Below are positions 35,336 to 48,728 of a stretch of 64,000 bases of DNA, one piece after another (within the stretch, counting starts at the first letter, position 1; each line of letters begins with the position of its first letter). This DNA is from Lama glama (lineage: Eukaryota): positions 57,724,001-57,788,000 of the forward strand of contig CM052816.1 in NCBI GenBank assembly GCA_028534125.1, given 5' to 3'. A program made the translations under genes and the position numbers. The notes beneath the pieces were generated by a model. The model was not told the origin of the DNA and did not search any database. It saw only the letters and a program-made list of their open reading frames with translations.

Positions 35336-35664
35336 GAGGCCATTATATAAAAAAGCCATTGATATGAGTACTCTAATAAACAACAACACATCAGCTGTAT
35401 AGAAAGTTCTCAAATTATAAGCAGAATAATTAAATTCCTGTTGAGATGATGATTCTAGAATTCTACTCATACAAATTAACTGTGTATATTATTAACAACT
35501 CTTAAGACCATTACTTAAATGCCTTCAATGGTTTTAAGAGAGGTTGCCAATCTAGACAGCTCTCCCCTTCCTCCACATTTTAAATGTTTTCCCTAGCATT
35601 AGAAATTCCTTTTCTGGGGCTTTACAAGGTAACAGTGAAGAAAGACTTGAGTGTTAAGTATTCT

Positions 35665-35693
35665 TTTTGAGGGGTGGGGGTAAGTAATTCGAT

Positions 35694-35734
<41 letters not shown>

Positions 35735-35810
35735 ACGGAGGCACTGGGATTGAACCCAGGACCTCATGCATACTAAGCACATGCTCTACCATTGAGCTAT
35801 ACCCTCCTCC
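35665..35810 (-). mobile_element. tRNA-Ala-derived SINE (camelid Vic-1 type) with (TTTA)n and an 18-bp TSD
   Basis: Reverse complement ggaggagggtatagctcaatggtagagcatgtgcttagtatgcatgaggtcctgggttcaatcccagtgcctcc. TSD ttgagtgttaagtattct (35647-35664) and ttgagtgctaagtgttct (35812-35829). Confidence 0.9.
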
Positions 35811-36242
35811 ATTGAGTGCTAAGTGTTCTAAGAATCGTGCAACACAGTTCCTGCCCTCTAGCGATCTGTTTCTATTTATCTAAGCAATGAAGTATAATGT
35901 TTCTCTTGGCCTCTCCTAAGGTTTACAGTTTAAGAAGGAATTTTAAGTCGAGTCTTTACATTGAAATGAAAAATTTTCAAAGCCCTCACACCTTTAGGTT
36001 TGATCTTTGGGGAATTCAGAAATGTCCACGAGCTTGCACTGTTACTAGAAGACAAAGGATGATTTATCTAGACTTGTCCCCCTTTCTCCCCTCTGCTCCC
36101 AGCCGTCTTATGGAGAATCAGCAATGGAGCCGGTGTTTCTCAGTAACAGCCTGGGATCATTCCACCCAACCACAAACATGCTTGCATTCTTGGAAAAACC
36201 ACATTTCCCCTTTGATTATTCCAGGTCACTGTGGGCTTGGGA

Positions 36243-36630
36243 TGCAGCAGGGCTGAGTGGTTCTAGTGAAAGAACATGATGTCAAGACAGACTCCATGTG
36301 AATCTTGGTGCTGCCACCTGTTAGCTGTGTGACCTTGGGCAGACTGCTTAACTTTTCTGAGCCAGTTTCCTATCTGCTAAATAGAGATGATGCATATCGG
36401 TGGTGACAAGAACAGGCTTTGGACTTGGACAGACCTGAGCTCTGGTCCTGGCTCCATGTTACACTAATGATGTAACCTGGAGAAATTGATTCTCCTTCTT
36501 TAAGCTTTAGATTTCTTATCTGCAAAATTAGAAATCACATAGCATCTGCCTCACAGAATTGTGAAATTTCAAGGGGCTAAGGTTTATAGATGCCTAAGGC
36601 AAAATAAGCACTGAATACAGGTTAGCTCCC
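36243..36630 (+). mobile_element. Two tandem MIR copies
   Basis: Two successive cores: tagctgtgtgaccttgggcaga...cagtttcctatctg and tttcttatctgcaaaatt. Confidence 0.75.
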
Positions 36631-37280
36631 ATTACACTTACTACCGTGACCACATAGGAATGTGCCTGGAGCAGGGAGTGACACCCAGGTTAATTACAAA
36701 CCATGTCAGTTTCTCCCCCAGCCTCCTGAGCTGACCCAAACACAAATGTGGCAGCATTAATATTGCCATGGGGGTGACAGCATAAGGTTTGGGAGAACTC
36801 TCCCACACCTGTGCCCCTTTCCTTGCTTCCCACTGTACTCAATTCCTCTGCTTTCCCCTTACAACCGATCATTCTTGCAAGTGATGGAGACACACACACC
36901 TCTGTCTGCCACGGAACCCAGTCAGCCACAGGGAGACAGATTCTTGGCCAGGACTGACTAGCATTTGCATTCTCTTCATGCAAGCTGCATCAAAGGGTAC
37001 TAAAGGGAAAGTACCTCCCCGCCTGTGACAGACAATCAAGCAGAATGACAGAGCCAGGTGCACTTACTGATATTCCCAGCACCGGCACCAAATTACAGCA
37101 CATTAATGCCAACTTCTGAGAAAGTCAGATTTATGTTGCTTCCGGTAGACTTAACGAGGATGACTTTTAACTTTTAAAGGAAGAACAATTTAGCAAGCAG
37201 ACAGCACAGGCTTTTAGGTTCTTATTACACAAAACAAACACCTGAATTTTACCCCAGGCCTATGATGTGGCAGAGACAGC

Positions 37281-37515
37281 CCTGTTTTTCAAACTTTAGG
37301 TCTTCACCCATGAATGAATGGGTCATGAAATCAAGTGGGTTGAGACCAGCATTTTTACAGAATGGAATAGACTAGAATAGAAAATATCTGAGAGTTTTAT
37401 GCACAATTAGGCCAAGTGTTTTTTGGTGGTACCTTTTAAAGATACGTATAGATGGATTGCAATGTGAATGTTTTTATTACTGTTGGTCATAGTCAAAATA
37501 GTTTGAAAGCTGCTG
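37281..37515. mobile_element. hAT-Charlie non-autonomous element (MER112-like; family uncertain)
   Basis: Inverted ends tttttcaaact...agtttgaaagctgctg. Internal gggtcatgaaatcaa...gaccagcatttt...aatagaaaatatc. Confidence 0.65.
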
Positions 37516-40500
37516 AAATACTAGATGTATAGAAATATATATGTGCATTTTATCAAAACAAATGAAAACAACCTCTCCGGAGTAACAAATTATATGAAGG
37601 TAATGGGAAACCCAAGTCATTCAGCCAGTGTCTTCTGTTCTTAATGGTATAATTTCACTTTATCACAGAAAGTGTGTGTGTGAGAGAGAGGGGTGGGGGG
37701 AGGCAAGAGGGAGAGAAAGATCACCAAAGAGAGTATTCTGAGACTCAGGGCAGTCTCTCGCCTGGTAACTGGAGCTGTCTCAGGGAGGGAGAAAACCCAG
37801 CTGATTGGATTCAGCTCTTCCAGATCCCAGCTAGTGAGTAGACTTATGTTATCTCCTGAAAATACAGACCAAGACTTTTCTTTCTTCTGCCTCTCCCACA
37901 GTGTCTTATCACAGCAGGTGTTTGAGAACTTTGTATTGACCTGAAAATCTGTGCAGGACACAGTGGTGGACTTACTGAGATAGTTCTCTTTTAATGTCTT
38001 CATATAATTTACCCATAAGGTTTTCAAGTATTTCCTCTGAGCTCACATGAAGTGCCCCTGTGTGAGGAGTGCAGAGGGGTCTCCTGGCAGTCCCCAGTTC
38101 ACAATGCTTATAGATCAGGGCTGGACAGGGAGTGAGCAACGTGGGTGTCCACAAGTCCAGTTCTAGGGGTTTGTTCTGTGCTTGTGCACAAAAAGGATTG
38201 TATACATTTGTGCTGTGAAGCAAGTTTTGAAATACCAGAACAATCTAAACGCCTATGGATTGGTGATTGCCTGAATAAATGATGATACCAACCTGTTGGT
38301 CAGGAACTGGTGTGGGGTGTGTTTGGTTGAGGTGACTGATTAAACCTACCATGCCTGAGACAGTGAGACATGGGCGAGGGCGGGGCTAAAACTAAGCCGT
38401 ATTAGAACAAGAGCATCTCTTCTGTTCTCAGGACCTCCTGAGGAGGGCCTTCTACTACCCAGGCCGATGTCCCCTCTGGCTATGGCTGCAGTGTGTTGAT
38501 TTTTATTATGTCTACCTTGACATGATAGAGAATGTGTCTAAATATATTATTTACCCAATATCCCTTTGACTTAGTGACTAACTCTTTCTCTACCTTTTCC
38601 TGAATAGGGTTAAATAATCTCATTCCTATTGTATCTTTTTTCCTTCACCATCCTTTTCATTATTTTCCTATTTGCATGGGTGAAAATGGAAATATACACT
38701 GGAAATCTGAACTATATACCTTTGCAATCATTGATATAGGTTAACTTATTAGGGTCAGGCAGTATCTTTGTGTGTTCTGTGCTCCACTACTATCATTGGT
38801 CCCCACAGACATCTTTTCCACAATTCTCGGCATCTTTCACATGCCTTAATCATTAGTGGAGTAAACTAATTAGAGTGTGGGAGAAAGTGTGCAAAGAGGT
38901 GGTTTGAGGACTTTGGTCTCTCCATAGCCAACTTTAGAGGGGATCCCAAGTAAATATACAATCTAGCTACATCTAGCTTCAATTAAGCCTCCTTGCTCCT
39001 TCTCCCAACAACATGTGCATCCTGAGACTGTCCAGCACTGTTCAGGAGTAGCTGCTGGTTTGGGTACACTGTGTGACAAACCATCCCTTTGACATTTCAG
39101 CCGCTCTGAAAAGGGGATCAGTGGACTGGCTGGCATTCTGGGAGAAAGTCTTTTGATTTTCACTTTGCTCTCAGATTGAGAGAATGAAGGGTGTTTCTGT
39201 CTTTGAAAACAGTGGTTCTTATTCTGTCTGCCCAGTACCTTTAACCCAGGCTGCCCCACCCACGCCCTGGAGGACAGACATCTAAGGAGGAAGCTCCAGG
39301 CTCTCAGCTGCACTCAGACATGGTGGACGTTCCTTATTCCTGCTTTTTCTCCTTTTTTCTGGTGGTGTTCTTGAATTCCTGGGCCATGAATTTGGCTTTC
39401 CCCATTTGACACTTAGCATTCTTTTAGACAAATCTCAGCTCGCTTCACATCTAAATATCCCCCGAAAACTACTTGTGTCAGCCTGGGATCCATCCATTGC
39501 TGTTTGTGTTGCCATTGTCAGATCTTGTCACTTCATTAGAGACACTTGGAAAGGAAAGGAAACTGAGTCATGGACGAGGTTCAAATTCCAGGTTAGTATG
39601 TCCTTGAAACAAAAAGGGTGTCCTGATGACAGGTTCCAGCATAAAATCCTCACAGGGCTCTCAACTCACCCTGGCCGCTGTGGTTTCTCAAGTCATCCAC
39701 TTCTCTAATAAAGTCCAAGCTTTTTTGGGGTGGATGACACTTGTGTGTGACATTTAGACTATATGTGTACCCTGCCTCAGTTTCAAATACAGTCCCTGGG
39801 AGTCCAGAGTTTCAAAAAATAATCTCTGAGTTCTACTGTCATTCTGATTTGTTAGGTGGGGACATCTCCAAGATGATATGAGAAAGACTCATCAAGGAAT
39901 TTTGTGGTATTCTATTACCCTATTACCCCCTTCATCTAATCCTTCCAACCACTATCATTACCTTCTCAGACTTTTTCCTCTGAGTCAGTAATTCTAAGGA
40001 TTGCTTACTCCTCCAATATCTATGTGCTCAATGATTTTCCAGGTGAGGTGTTTTATGGAGCTTTTCCATAGTGAGGGATAAGGAGATGACTGCAGCTAAC
40101 CCGTCCTGGTCAATTTAGAACCAGATTATCTGTTTGGGTATTGTTTGAAAAGGAAAACCTACCTTCAGTCAACTACCACATGAGAGCAAATGGTGAAATT
40201 AGAAGAAACTTACCTATCTAGGTAGGATTCTACATAGGAAATTGAGAGGAACTAGGCATCACAATAATTTTTTTGTTCCTTCTCGTTGAATATTCTGTCC
40301 TTAAAGGAAGACGGTCATGAGAAATGAACGGCTAGCTACATGACTGGTGTAAGTTTCTGGCACAAGCTGAGGGCCACTTATAAAGCCTGGCAGGGACACA
40401 TTTAATAGGATAATAATAAATTCCTGAAACAATGAAGAGGGACAAAAACTGTAAGAAAAAAAATGTAACTTCAAATATTATGACAGGTACCAGGAATGAA

Positions 40501-41009
40501 AGAAAGATGAAATAGTATCAGGAGGGCCATAGTCAGCACCCGTATGAGATGGGTTATTAATATTATTAAGAAGCCAGTTGAAAAATTTTAAGAGGAAATA
40601 ATGGGAAAGATGTAGGAACATTTATGATTTCCCAATGTCTATATAATAATCCCAAATTATGATTGTTAGAGTAATTCAGTATTTTAACATGAGCTAATGC
40701 ATTTCTTTGTTGATACTCCTGTCTAAAAGATTTGGGGGCACAAGTAAATAGAATCTCAGAGGTATTATTAAAATTGGCAGAGATTACCGGTATTCCTAGG
40801 ACTCTCTTCCACTAATCAGGTACCTGTGGGAAGTCTCTCCTGCTAAAAACAGAGCAGCTCATAAATTCCTAATGCCTCTTGCTAACAACATTCTTTTCAG
40901 AAGCAGATGGATCAATAAGAGTAATGCTGATCAATGCTTAATTCTAAGACAAAAGGTAGATCCTTTTGGTAAAGCAAAGTGAGTTGAACCTTGGGAAATG
41001 GTAGCTGGT

Positions 41010-41395
41010 GGACATTTGTTCTTCCACAGTCTGTTCACTCCACTAAAGGTAATTGCACCCCAGTTCCCTGTGGAGTGATTACCTCCCTGAAACAGCATGC
41101 AGTCTTTCGGGGCATGTCAGTGGGGTTTCCTGCCTTCCCCTAGCCAAGGGATGGCTACTGGACTTAGCTAGACCAATCAGATACACTGTCTCTCTTAGGA
41201 CTTTTAATTTTAAGTCCCCTGACACAAGGAGAGAATAATTCCTGCCACCCTGGTTCTGTCGGCTTCAGAGCCTGGTTCCAAATCTTCTCATTAGTCTGTG
41301 AGCTTCCTGATAACTCTCCCAACAAATTCCATTGTTGTTTAACTTAGCCATAGTCTGTTTCTGCTGCTACTAACCTAAAAATTGTATTGAATATG
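41010..41395 (+). mobile_element. Old ERVL-class solo LTR (LTR33/LTR16-like)
   Basis: gaccaatcaga internal motif and a ttagccatagtctgtttctgctgct...gaata 3' terminus. Confidence 0.5.
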
Positions 41396-41769
41396 ACATC
41401 CATAGACTCTTCATTGAATATTACACTTTATATCATCCTTGTGATAGCCCACAGGAGAACGAGGGCATGAATGAGGCATCTATCTGGTATTTCAAAATCT
41501 CAAAAAAAGAGATAGGTATGTTGAAATAGCTGGAGCCTATAAAGGGGGAAGTGCCTTAAGATTGCAAAAAAATCTGAAAAAGATGATTTAAAAAAATATC
41601 TTGGTGTGAAGGAAAAAAAGAGAGGAATAAAAGGAAGCAAATAGGTCACTTCAATGAAATCAGATTGTAAAAGAACACAGACGCACACACATACACACAC
41701 ACAAACACAAGATCAAAGAACAGTGCATTACTAACGGGAAAAAGAAAGATTGGTGTAAAAGAGTGAGAA

Positions 41770-43640
41770 CTGTAGCTGGAGGGCTGAAGCCAAGAAAACA
41801 AATGAATCAAAGCTTGTGGAAAAATCCAGAGGCATCAAAATGATATTTTGTTGGATGTGACTAGAGTGAAAATGGCCAGGATTGTGTACTGAGACTGATG
41901 TTCTAAGGCTAACAGATGACAGGAGGGAAACAGAAGTTCTTCACAACTCTTATTTTGCTTCCAACCTCTCAATAAAAGTGAAAAATCTTCACACCTGACA
42001 GTGTGGAATAAACACGGCTAAGAGGTCAGTGAAGTCCAAGATAGGCTCCCAGACCGTAAGAGAACAGGAGGTCTCTAGACCTGAATGAATTCTATCCCAA
42101 AGTGCTGAGAGAACTAACCAAAGTTATTGTAGAATTACTGCCAGTAATTTTTGGAAAATCAGAAAGAATGGAAATGGTGCCTGAAAATTGAAAATGGAAC
42201 GGAAAAGGTGCCTGAAAGGAGGTAGGATAGTATAAAATTGGGGTTTGGAAACTACAGATAGTCAACTTAATGTGAAGCCTAGTTATTTGGGATTTACAAG
42301 ACTTAGATCACATCTGTGGGCTACGTAATGATTATCACAACTTAGGTGAAGCTCCACCCCACCCCCCACCACTGTCCATCAGAATAAGATGGAAAACCGG
42401 ACTAAAAGTATTAATATGTGTATTTCTGACTGGTTGAAAACTGCTAGGCAGCAGATGTTGAATGATGAATCAACGGATTTCTAGAGGGCAGGATCTTGGG
42501 CTATACTACAGGGTTCTGTTCTTTGCCCATCCTATGTAAGATTTTCTTCACAACTTATACAAAAACACAGAAGCCCCTTTGTGACTGACTCAGAGGTAGG
42601 AGGAATACTAAATGTATTAGATATAAGAATGAGGCTAAAAATGATCTCTATGGGTCATTCATGTACAGGAATTTGGTTAGGGATAATTTGGAAATGTTTA
42701 TTATAGTTCCAGAAAGATATACACCAAGGTATTCATAATGATTAACTCTAGGTGGGTGGCATAATAAAATTTTTAATGTTCTTCTCATTTATCTATATTT
42801 TATGAATTTTTTAGTAATGAACAATTATTCCTTTCAAATTAAGAAAAAATAATAGAGAAATTTCAAAAAGAAAAAATTCCATTGTCTGGAACAATATAAA
42901 AACAAATCAGTTGAAAGTTAACACAAATAACTGTAAAGCCTTGTGTTAAGGTAAAAAAATCAAGTTACATAAGCATAAAATTGGGAAGAGATGGGCCTGG
43001 GAACAGTTTATTTTAAAAAATATTTGGAAGCCTTGGGCTCAAAGTCCATATGTGTCAAAAGGGTAGATGAATGCAGTCACAAGCAGTTTTATTAGAATAT
43101 AAAAGTCTGGGAGAAAGGAAGCGATGGTTCCAATGAATTCTGGTTGGATTCCATAGGAGCACCGTTCTGAGCTCCATATACTAAAGGCGAGCATTGATGG
43201 CCCAAAGAAAGGTCGGAGGATAGTCATCTGAATAGTAGGGTCATCTGAACAGTGACAGGTCTGAAGACCATGTCACTTGAGAACAGGGGGCCTAGACTAA
43301 TCATTCTAGGTCAGAGAAGAGTTAAAGAATATGTGACAGCTGTCAGCCACAGCTCAGTCAGGGGTGGGACAGCACAGAGTAAAATCTACAGACCAGATAA
43401 ATGCACCACAGAGTGGCTATGATTGGGGAAGTTTCTAGCACCTGAAAGCCCAGGAAGGTGGATGGAAAATAGGAACATCTTGCAGATGACAACAGGCAGA
43501 GGTCCAGGAAAGCAAGTCTTATCGGGACATCTGAGAGCAGAGAGAGGGGACCCAACTGGACTCTGTTACTTGGAGCTGTCCATTCCTGAGTGGCTGGGGT
43601 ACCAGGCAGCCATCAAAAAGGGGATCAAGAGAAAGAGGCA
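41770..43640 (+). mobile_element. L3/CR1 LINE remnant (RT region to 3' end), interrupted by an old L1 fragment at ~42690-42880
   Basis: Peptide remnants NEFYPKVLRELTKVIVELLPVIFGKSERMEMVPEN*K (~42083-42195), GNYR and LQGSVL resemble CR1 ORF2 motifs. Confidence 0.8.
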
Positions 43641-43652
43641 GTTAGCACCAAC

Positions 43653-43807
43653 CAGTGATTCTCACAGTGTGGTTCTCAGACTAGCTGCATCGGCATCACT
43701 CTGACACTAGTTAGAAATGCAAATTCTCAGGCCCACCCCTGGCCCTAACTAGGTTTGAGCAGAGGCCCTCTGTGGTTCTAATGTGCTCTCAAATTTGAGA
43801 ACCACTG
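43653..43807 (+). mobile_element. MER5A
   Basis: cagtgattctca...tttgagaaccactg TIRs. Internal ttagaaatgcaaattctcaggccc. Confidence 0.85.
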
Positions 43808-44070
43808 GCTTAGTGATTAAGCACAGGAACTCTAGAGCCAAAATTCCTGCGTATTCCCAGCTGAGTAAATCCTGCTCTGCCAATAGCTAGCTGTGTGATC
43901 TCAAATTTCCTTATTAGTAAAATTGGCGTAAAAATAGTACCTGCCTGGTGGGGTAGTTGCGAAGGGTAAATCACTCACGCAGGCGCATGCGCGCGCACGC
44001 ACACACGCACAAACGGCGCCCTTGGACCCGCTGACTGGCGTATGTAAGCGTCCGCGAACACCACTCTTAC
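43808..44070 (+). mobile_element. MIR interrupted by a (GC/CA)n tract
   Basis: ttagtgattaagcacaggaactctagagcc...ctagctgtgtga...aatagtacctgcct...gtaagcg. Confidence 0.7.
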
Positions 44071-44831
44071 TTTAAGAGTCGTGAGAAGTAGGGTATACTG
44101 GTAAAGTAGAAGCAACCGTCTTACTCCTTGTTGGGCAAGCACAGAGGTTTGAATTCAAGGCTGCTTTTAGCTGGGTCCCTGAGTGGTCTGCTGTGAGGAG
44201 TAAGCAGTGCCAGCTTCGGAAACGGGGGAGCCCGGGAGCCAGGTGGTGAGTGTGATAACTGACTTTTAATGTTCAAATCGTGCTGCTTGCTTCCACATGA
44301 CTACTAAAAAGCAAAATGAAATCTAAGGGATGAAATTGAGAATGTTTTGATTTAAGACAAGAAGGACTTGGTGATGGAACCATCCTCCAAAAGAAGGAAG
44401 CCCTTTCCCACTGTGTCGATAGTCCGAAACCAGGTCATCACTTACAAGGGATATCATGGGATGGTTTCTCAATGGGAAGGGAGTTAGTGTCTCAGTGATT
44501 CCCTCCACTTTTAGAATCTAAGAATCTAAGAATCTTGGAGCACTTAGGCGTGCGGTGGGCCCTGCCCCTCCCCTCATGAAGGCCGTCTCTGTTGGCATCA
44601 GTGCTCCCCTCTCCCCACCGCCCCGCTATTTTCTTTGGGCTCACATTTATCTCAGCTTTGGCATCCAGATGTGACCTGATTCTGAGTCTGGAATGAATTA
44701 ATGTGTAACAAGATGAGATTTTATAATATTAATTGTTGCTTTTTTGTTTTTTTCTTCCTTACTCTAGGCGTTTAGGAACAAACAAAGGGAATTTTACCTT
44801 CTTTTCCCCACTATATGCTTCATATGTGGTG

Positions 44832-44833
<2 letters not shown>

Positions 44834-44865
<32 letters not shown>
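44834..44865. repeat. (AC)16 microsatellite
   Basis: Read directly from the sequence. Confidence 0.95.
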
Positions 44866-44867
<2 letters not shown>

Positions 44868-46843
44868 GTCACACTCACACATCTTTGGAGACACACCTGT
44901 AAGGAGACAGTGTCCAGGTGCAAGCCAAAGGAAAAGGGAGAATATAGGAAATGGCAGATACTACACTGACACTGGGCTGATACTGTCCCTCCCAAGTGGA
45001 ATGTTGGGGCCCGAATTTGTTTTAGACAGATCAGTACTCAATAAATATTTCAGGAAAGAATGATTTACCTAGTTTGACTTGTTAATTTTTTTTTGTAAGA
45101 AAAAGAACTCTTCTTACATTTTCTTAATTCTCAAAAATCTTTGGGGTGGTGGGATGAGGCAATGTTCAAGTGAGGCAGAGCAAGGAAGAGGAGCCGTGGC
45201 CCCTTCTCCTGGGAGTTGGTTTGCCACAGAGATGCCTGGCTGAAGGGGAGCCCAGAACGGTGGAAACCAACAAGGAAGCTTCCCAGAACTTCTAGTCTGT
45301 GTTGAGGCCTCTTAGCTTAGACATTGATCGCTGATGCTCCCCATGGAAATCTGGCTTAAAAAATGTAAGGAAGGAAAAAACACTTGAGAGCAGCAGCTTA
45401 CCCTAAACCACTTAAGGAAGGTGAACACCAGCCCATGAAAACCCCAGACAAGAAGAGCTAAGGGAGTCTGAGGCACAAATGGCTCTCACTCCTCCACTCC
45501 TACTTTGGGGTAATCATGCTTCTGAAATCACTGTGTCTTGATTCTAGGTCCCTTGGTCCAGCTATGTTCCTCTTGGTCCCCATGAAACACCTGATTTAGA
45601 CCTAACACACTAGAAGGCATTCCTTTCCCACTTCCCTTCAAAACTCACAGCCTCATCTGACCTGACACCAAGCATCAGGGTGGACTATGCCTGTCTCTTT
45701 TGGGAAAAAGTGTCTGGAAATTATTTCAAGGGCTCAACAAAGTTGCAAAATGCCTATCTTTGATAGGGCCCCTGAAGCCCTTCTGTCATCACTTAGGTAA
45801 TGTGGGGAAGTAAAATACAAAGCAGAGTCCAGGGTTGAGAACTTAAAGGCAGTCTCTGCCTTTGATTTGCCTGAGCCTCTGATATTGTGAGCTGAGGGCT
45901 GGGGGCCAGGGACAAGCTGCTGTCTCAGCCTCGGCTGTCTGGAAGTGAATGTAAGCAAACTGCTTCCTCTTTTTCTGCAGGCCCTATAGGCTTTTATTTA
46001 CTTAAGGCTGCATTGTCTTTGGTCTGAATCCTGGATGTGTTCATGGATTGCTTTATTTGAAATCTGTTTAGACAGTAGACCTAGGGGAGCAGCTCTGCTC
46101 CCGTGGCATATTTCAGGGCCTGGGATAAGTCTCCTTCGTTTCTGAGAACGTGGCCAGGGACAGTAATTGTATTATGTTATTCTGTGAGAAAATTATTCCT
46201 TATCACACTTTTGAGTTTATACAAGGCTGATTGTGCTGATGTGGTTAATTTCAAAGAAAGTACTGGTGTCCTCATTTGCTCATCACTAAACACACACACA
46301 CATCTGCATATAGGACACCTACCGTGAACCTCACACTAGGATGGACTTGGGGGTAGGAAGCTGAGAAGGAAAGGTCTTCAGAGTGTTTGTCATCCAGCAA
46401 GATGAATTACTCAGCTGGGGATCAGAGGGCGGAATCTGTGGGATTCCTTGCTGGATTTTTGAGTTGTATCATGCTGCATATTTTAACAGTGATATAAGAA
46501 TTCAGGAGAGCAAATGTTCAGAAAAATCTTCAGAAAATGGACATTCATGTGAACAGTAACTCTTACTTTGCAGTAATAGGGCAATTAATGCACAGTTCCA
46601 CTTAGTTTCTAGAATATTTATTGAGCTCTCACTGGTGTGTATGAGGCATTTGTTAACAGTGGTTGCCTATAACAGAGTTATAGGGGATTTTAATATTTTT
46701 CTGTTTGCTTTTCTACTTTCCCAATTTCTTATAATGAATATGTATTGCCTTTGGAATTAGGGGGAAGTGTAATTTTTTTTAATTTAAATACTCAGTCCTT
46801 GCAAAGGTGTTAACAAAACAGGTCCTCATTTATCATTGTAAGA

Positions 46844-46922
46844 GTATGTATGTATGTATGTATGTGTGTGTTTATTATATGTGTGTGTGTACATATGTAT
46901 GTATATATATATATATATATAT
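46844..46922. repeat. Compound (GTAT)n/(GT)n/(AT)n microsatellite
   Basis: Read directly from the sequence. Confidence 0.9.
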
Positions 46923-48559
46923 AATCAATCTAAGAAATAACTTAAAACTTAATAAGAAAGCTTGATTTAAATGCATGTTCCTGGATCCTGGATATTCTGT
47001 AGCTATTCTGGTGTAACAAGTCTGGCTTAGCAGGCAGTAGTATGTTCTAGAGATCTTAGCCATCATCAGATGGTGGGCTTCTCAACCACACTGGCTGGAC
47101 CTTAATCTTGTTCCCTGAGATATGATTTAAATGACTTGAGAGATGGTGGGGCACTTTTCTTGGTTTCTTCTCTCAAGTAGTCTCAGGCTTCAGTAGACCC
47201 TTAATTTACAGCTAATTAACCTGTCAATCTTACTTAGAAGAAATGGATTTCTTTCCGTCAGAATTAAGCAGATAGCATTGAAGCCTGAAGAGGTTTGCCA
47301 GCTTTCTGACAGTCTTAGATAAGGCTCTTCTCATCCCAAATCACAGAAATCAACCCTTGCTAACTTAAACATAAGTGAGCAAGTAAATGAATAAGGAAAT
47401 CCCAGCAAGAGCTGAACAGCCAGCTTGAAAGAGGGCTGGACCCAAGGTAGACCAGTCACACCCATTAGCAGCAGGTCCAGGCCACTACCCTCACTCAGGA
47501 GCATGGACTCCTGATATCTGTGCTTCTCAGTTCAAACTTCCAATTTCCTCAGGGACAAATCTGATTGGCTCCATTTAGGTCAGGGGTCTCCTGGAGCAAT
47601 CCGCTCTAGTCAAGAAAAACTAGGGTCATGGAATTCAGATGCAGCAGCTGGAGGCCCATCCAAGCAGCTGTGATTAGGGGCCAATTCTCAGAGAAGGCAA
47701 ATGGGAGCGTGACAACTCCCCCCAAAAGGCTGCTACTCTCCTGACTCCCCTCCCCAACTCCTACTCTCAATCCCTCTCGGAGAACAGATCTTAAAACTTC
47801 TCCTAGGATAGCCCCTTTCTGCCTTCCCTTCCTAGTCCACACCCCATTCCAGACCAACCCCTCTCTGAAATGCCCCGAGTCCCCTTTCCCCACAGTTCCC
47901 ACCCATGTGCAATGTGGATTCTCGTTCATCTTGCACATTTGGGTGCTCCTGTGAAATCCCCTCTCTGCGGGGGATTCCTTTAGGATCAATGAGATGATAC
48001 TGTTCTTTGAACATCAGGAAATCAGAGCCCTGAGTCTTGGTTTGGGTTATTTTTCTAGCGGTAGCTATGGGTCATGCTGAGTCATTCATACTGGTTTCCC
48101 TTGTGACCTCACACAGTGGAGAGAGAACTGGCTGATTGGGAGGTATAGTCTTTGGCCAGCTGCAAAACAGGGCTTTCCCAGCGGAAAGGCTGGGTGGCCA
48201 GCGCAGGGACTGAAAAGTTAATCCAGAGACAACAGCACCTCACCCTAAATGGGATGCATTATCAGTTTTGAAAATGGCTTATGTCTATACCACATCAAGT
48301 CTCCTCTCCCCAGTCTCTCCCTCAAGAGTGATCTGACTACGCTGTTAAAAGTCAAAGCAGTTTCTTTGGATACCTTTGTACTTTATTCTTTCTCCACAGA
48401 CACTACTCTAGCTACCGCATCATCAAATATCCACTATAACAATACAGTTAGCTTGTAAGAGTCACTCATGGCAAGGTGCCGCAAAACTCGGCTATGTTGT
48501 CCTCTGAATTGAACTAAAAAAACACATTATGGAAATGTGTAGCTTACACTGTAAGTGTG

Positions 48560-48728
48560 TGCCATTGAGGCCACTTACATAACCTCACTGTGACTGTTTT
48601 CTCATCAGTAAGATGATATAATAATAGTCCCTCAGGGATTGTTGAGATGATTAAATAAGTGTGAAAAAACAAAATTAGGGCAGTTCCTGGCATGTGGTAA
48701 GTACTCAATAAAGGTTAGCCATTATAAC
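48560..48728 (+). mobile_element. MIR fragment
   Basis: gttttctcatcagtaagatg...cctggcatgtggtaagtactcaataaaggttagccatt. Confidence 0.75.
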
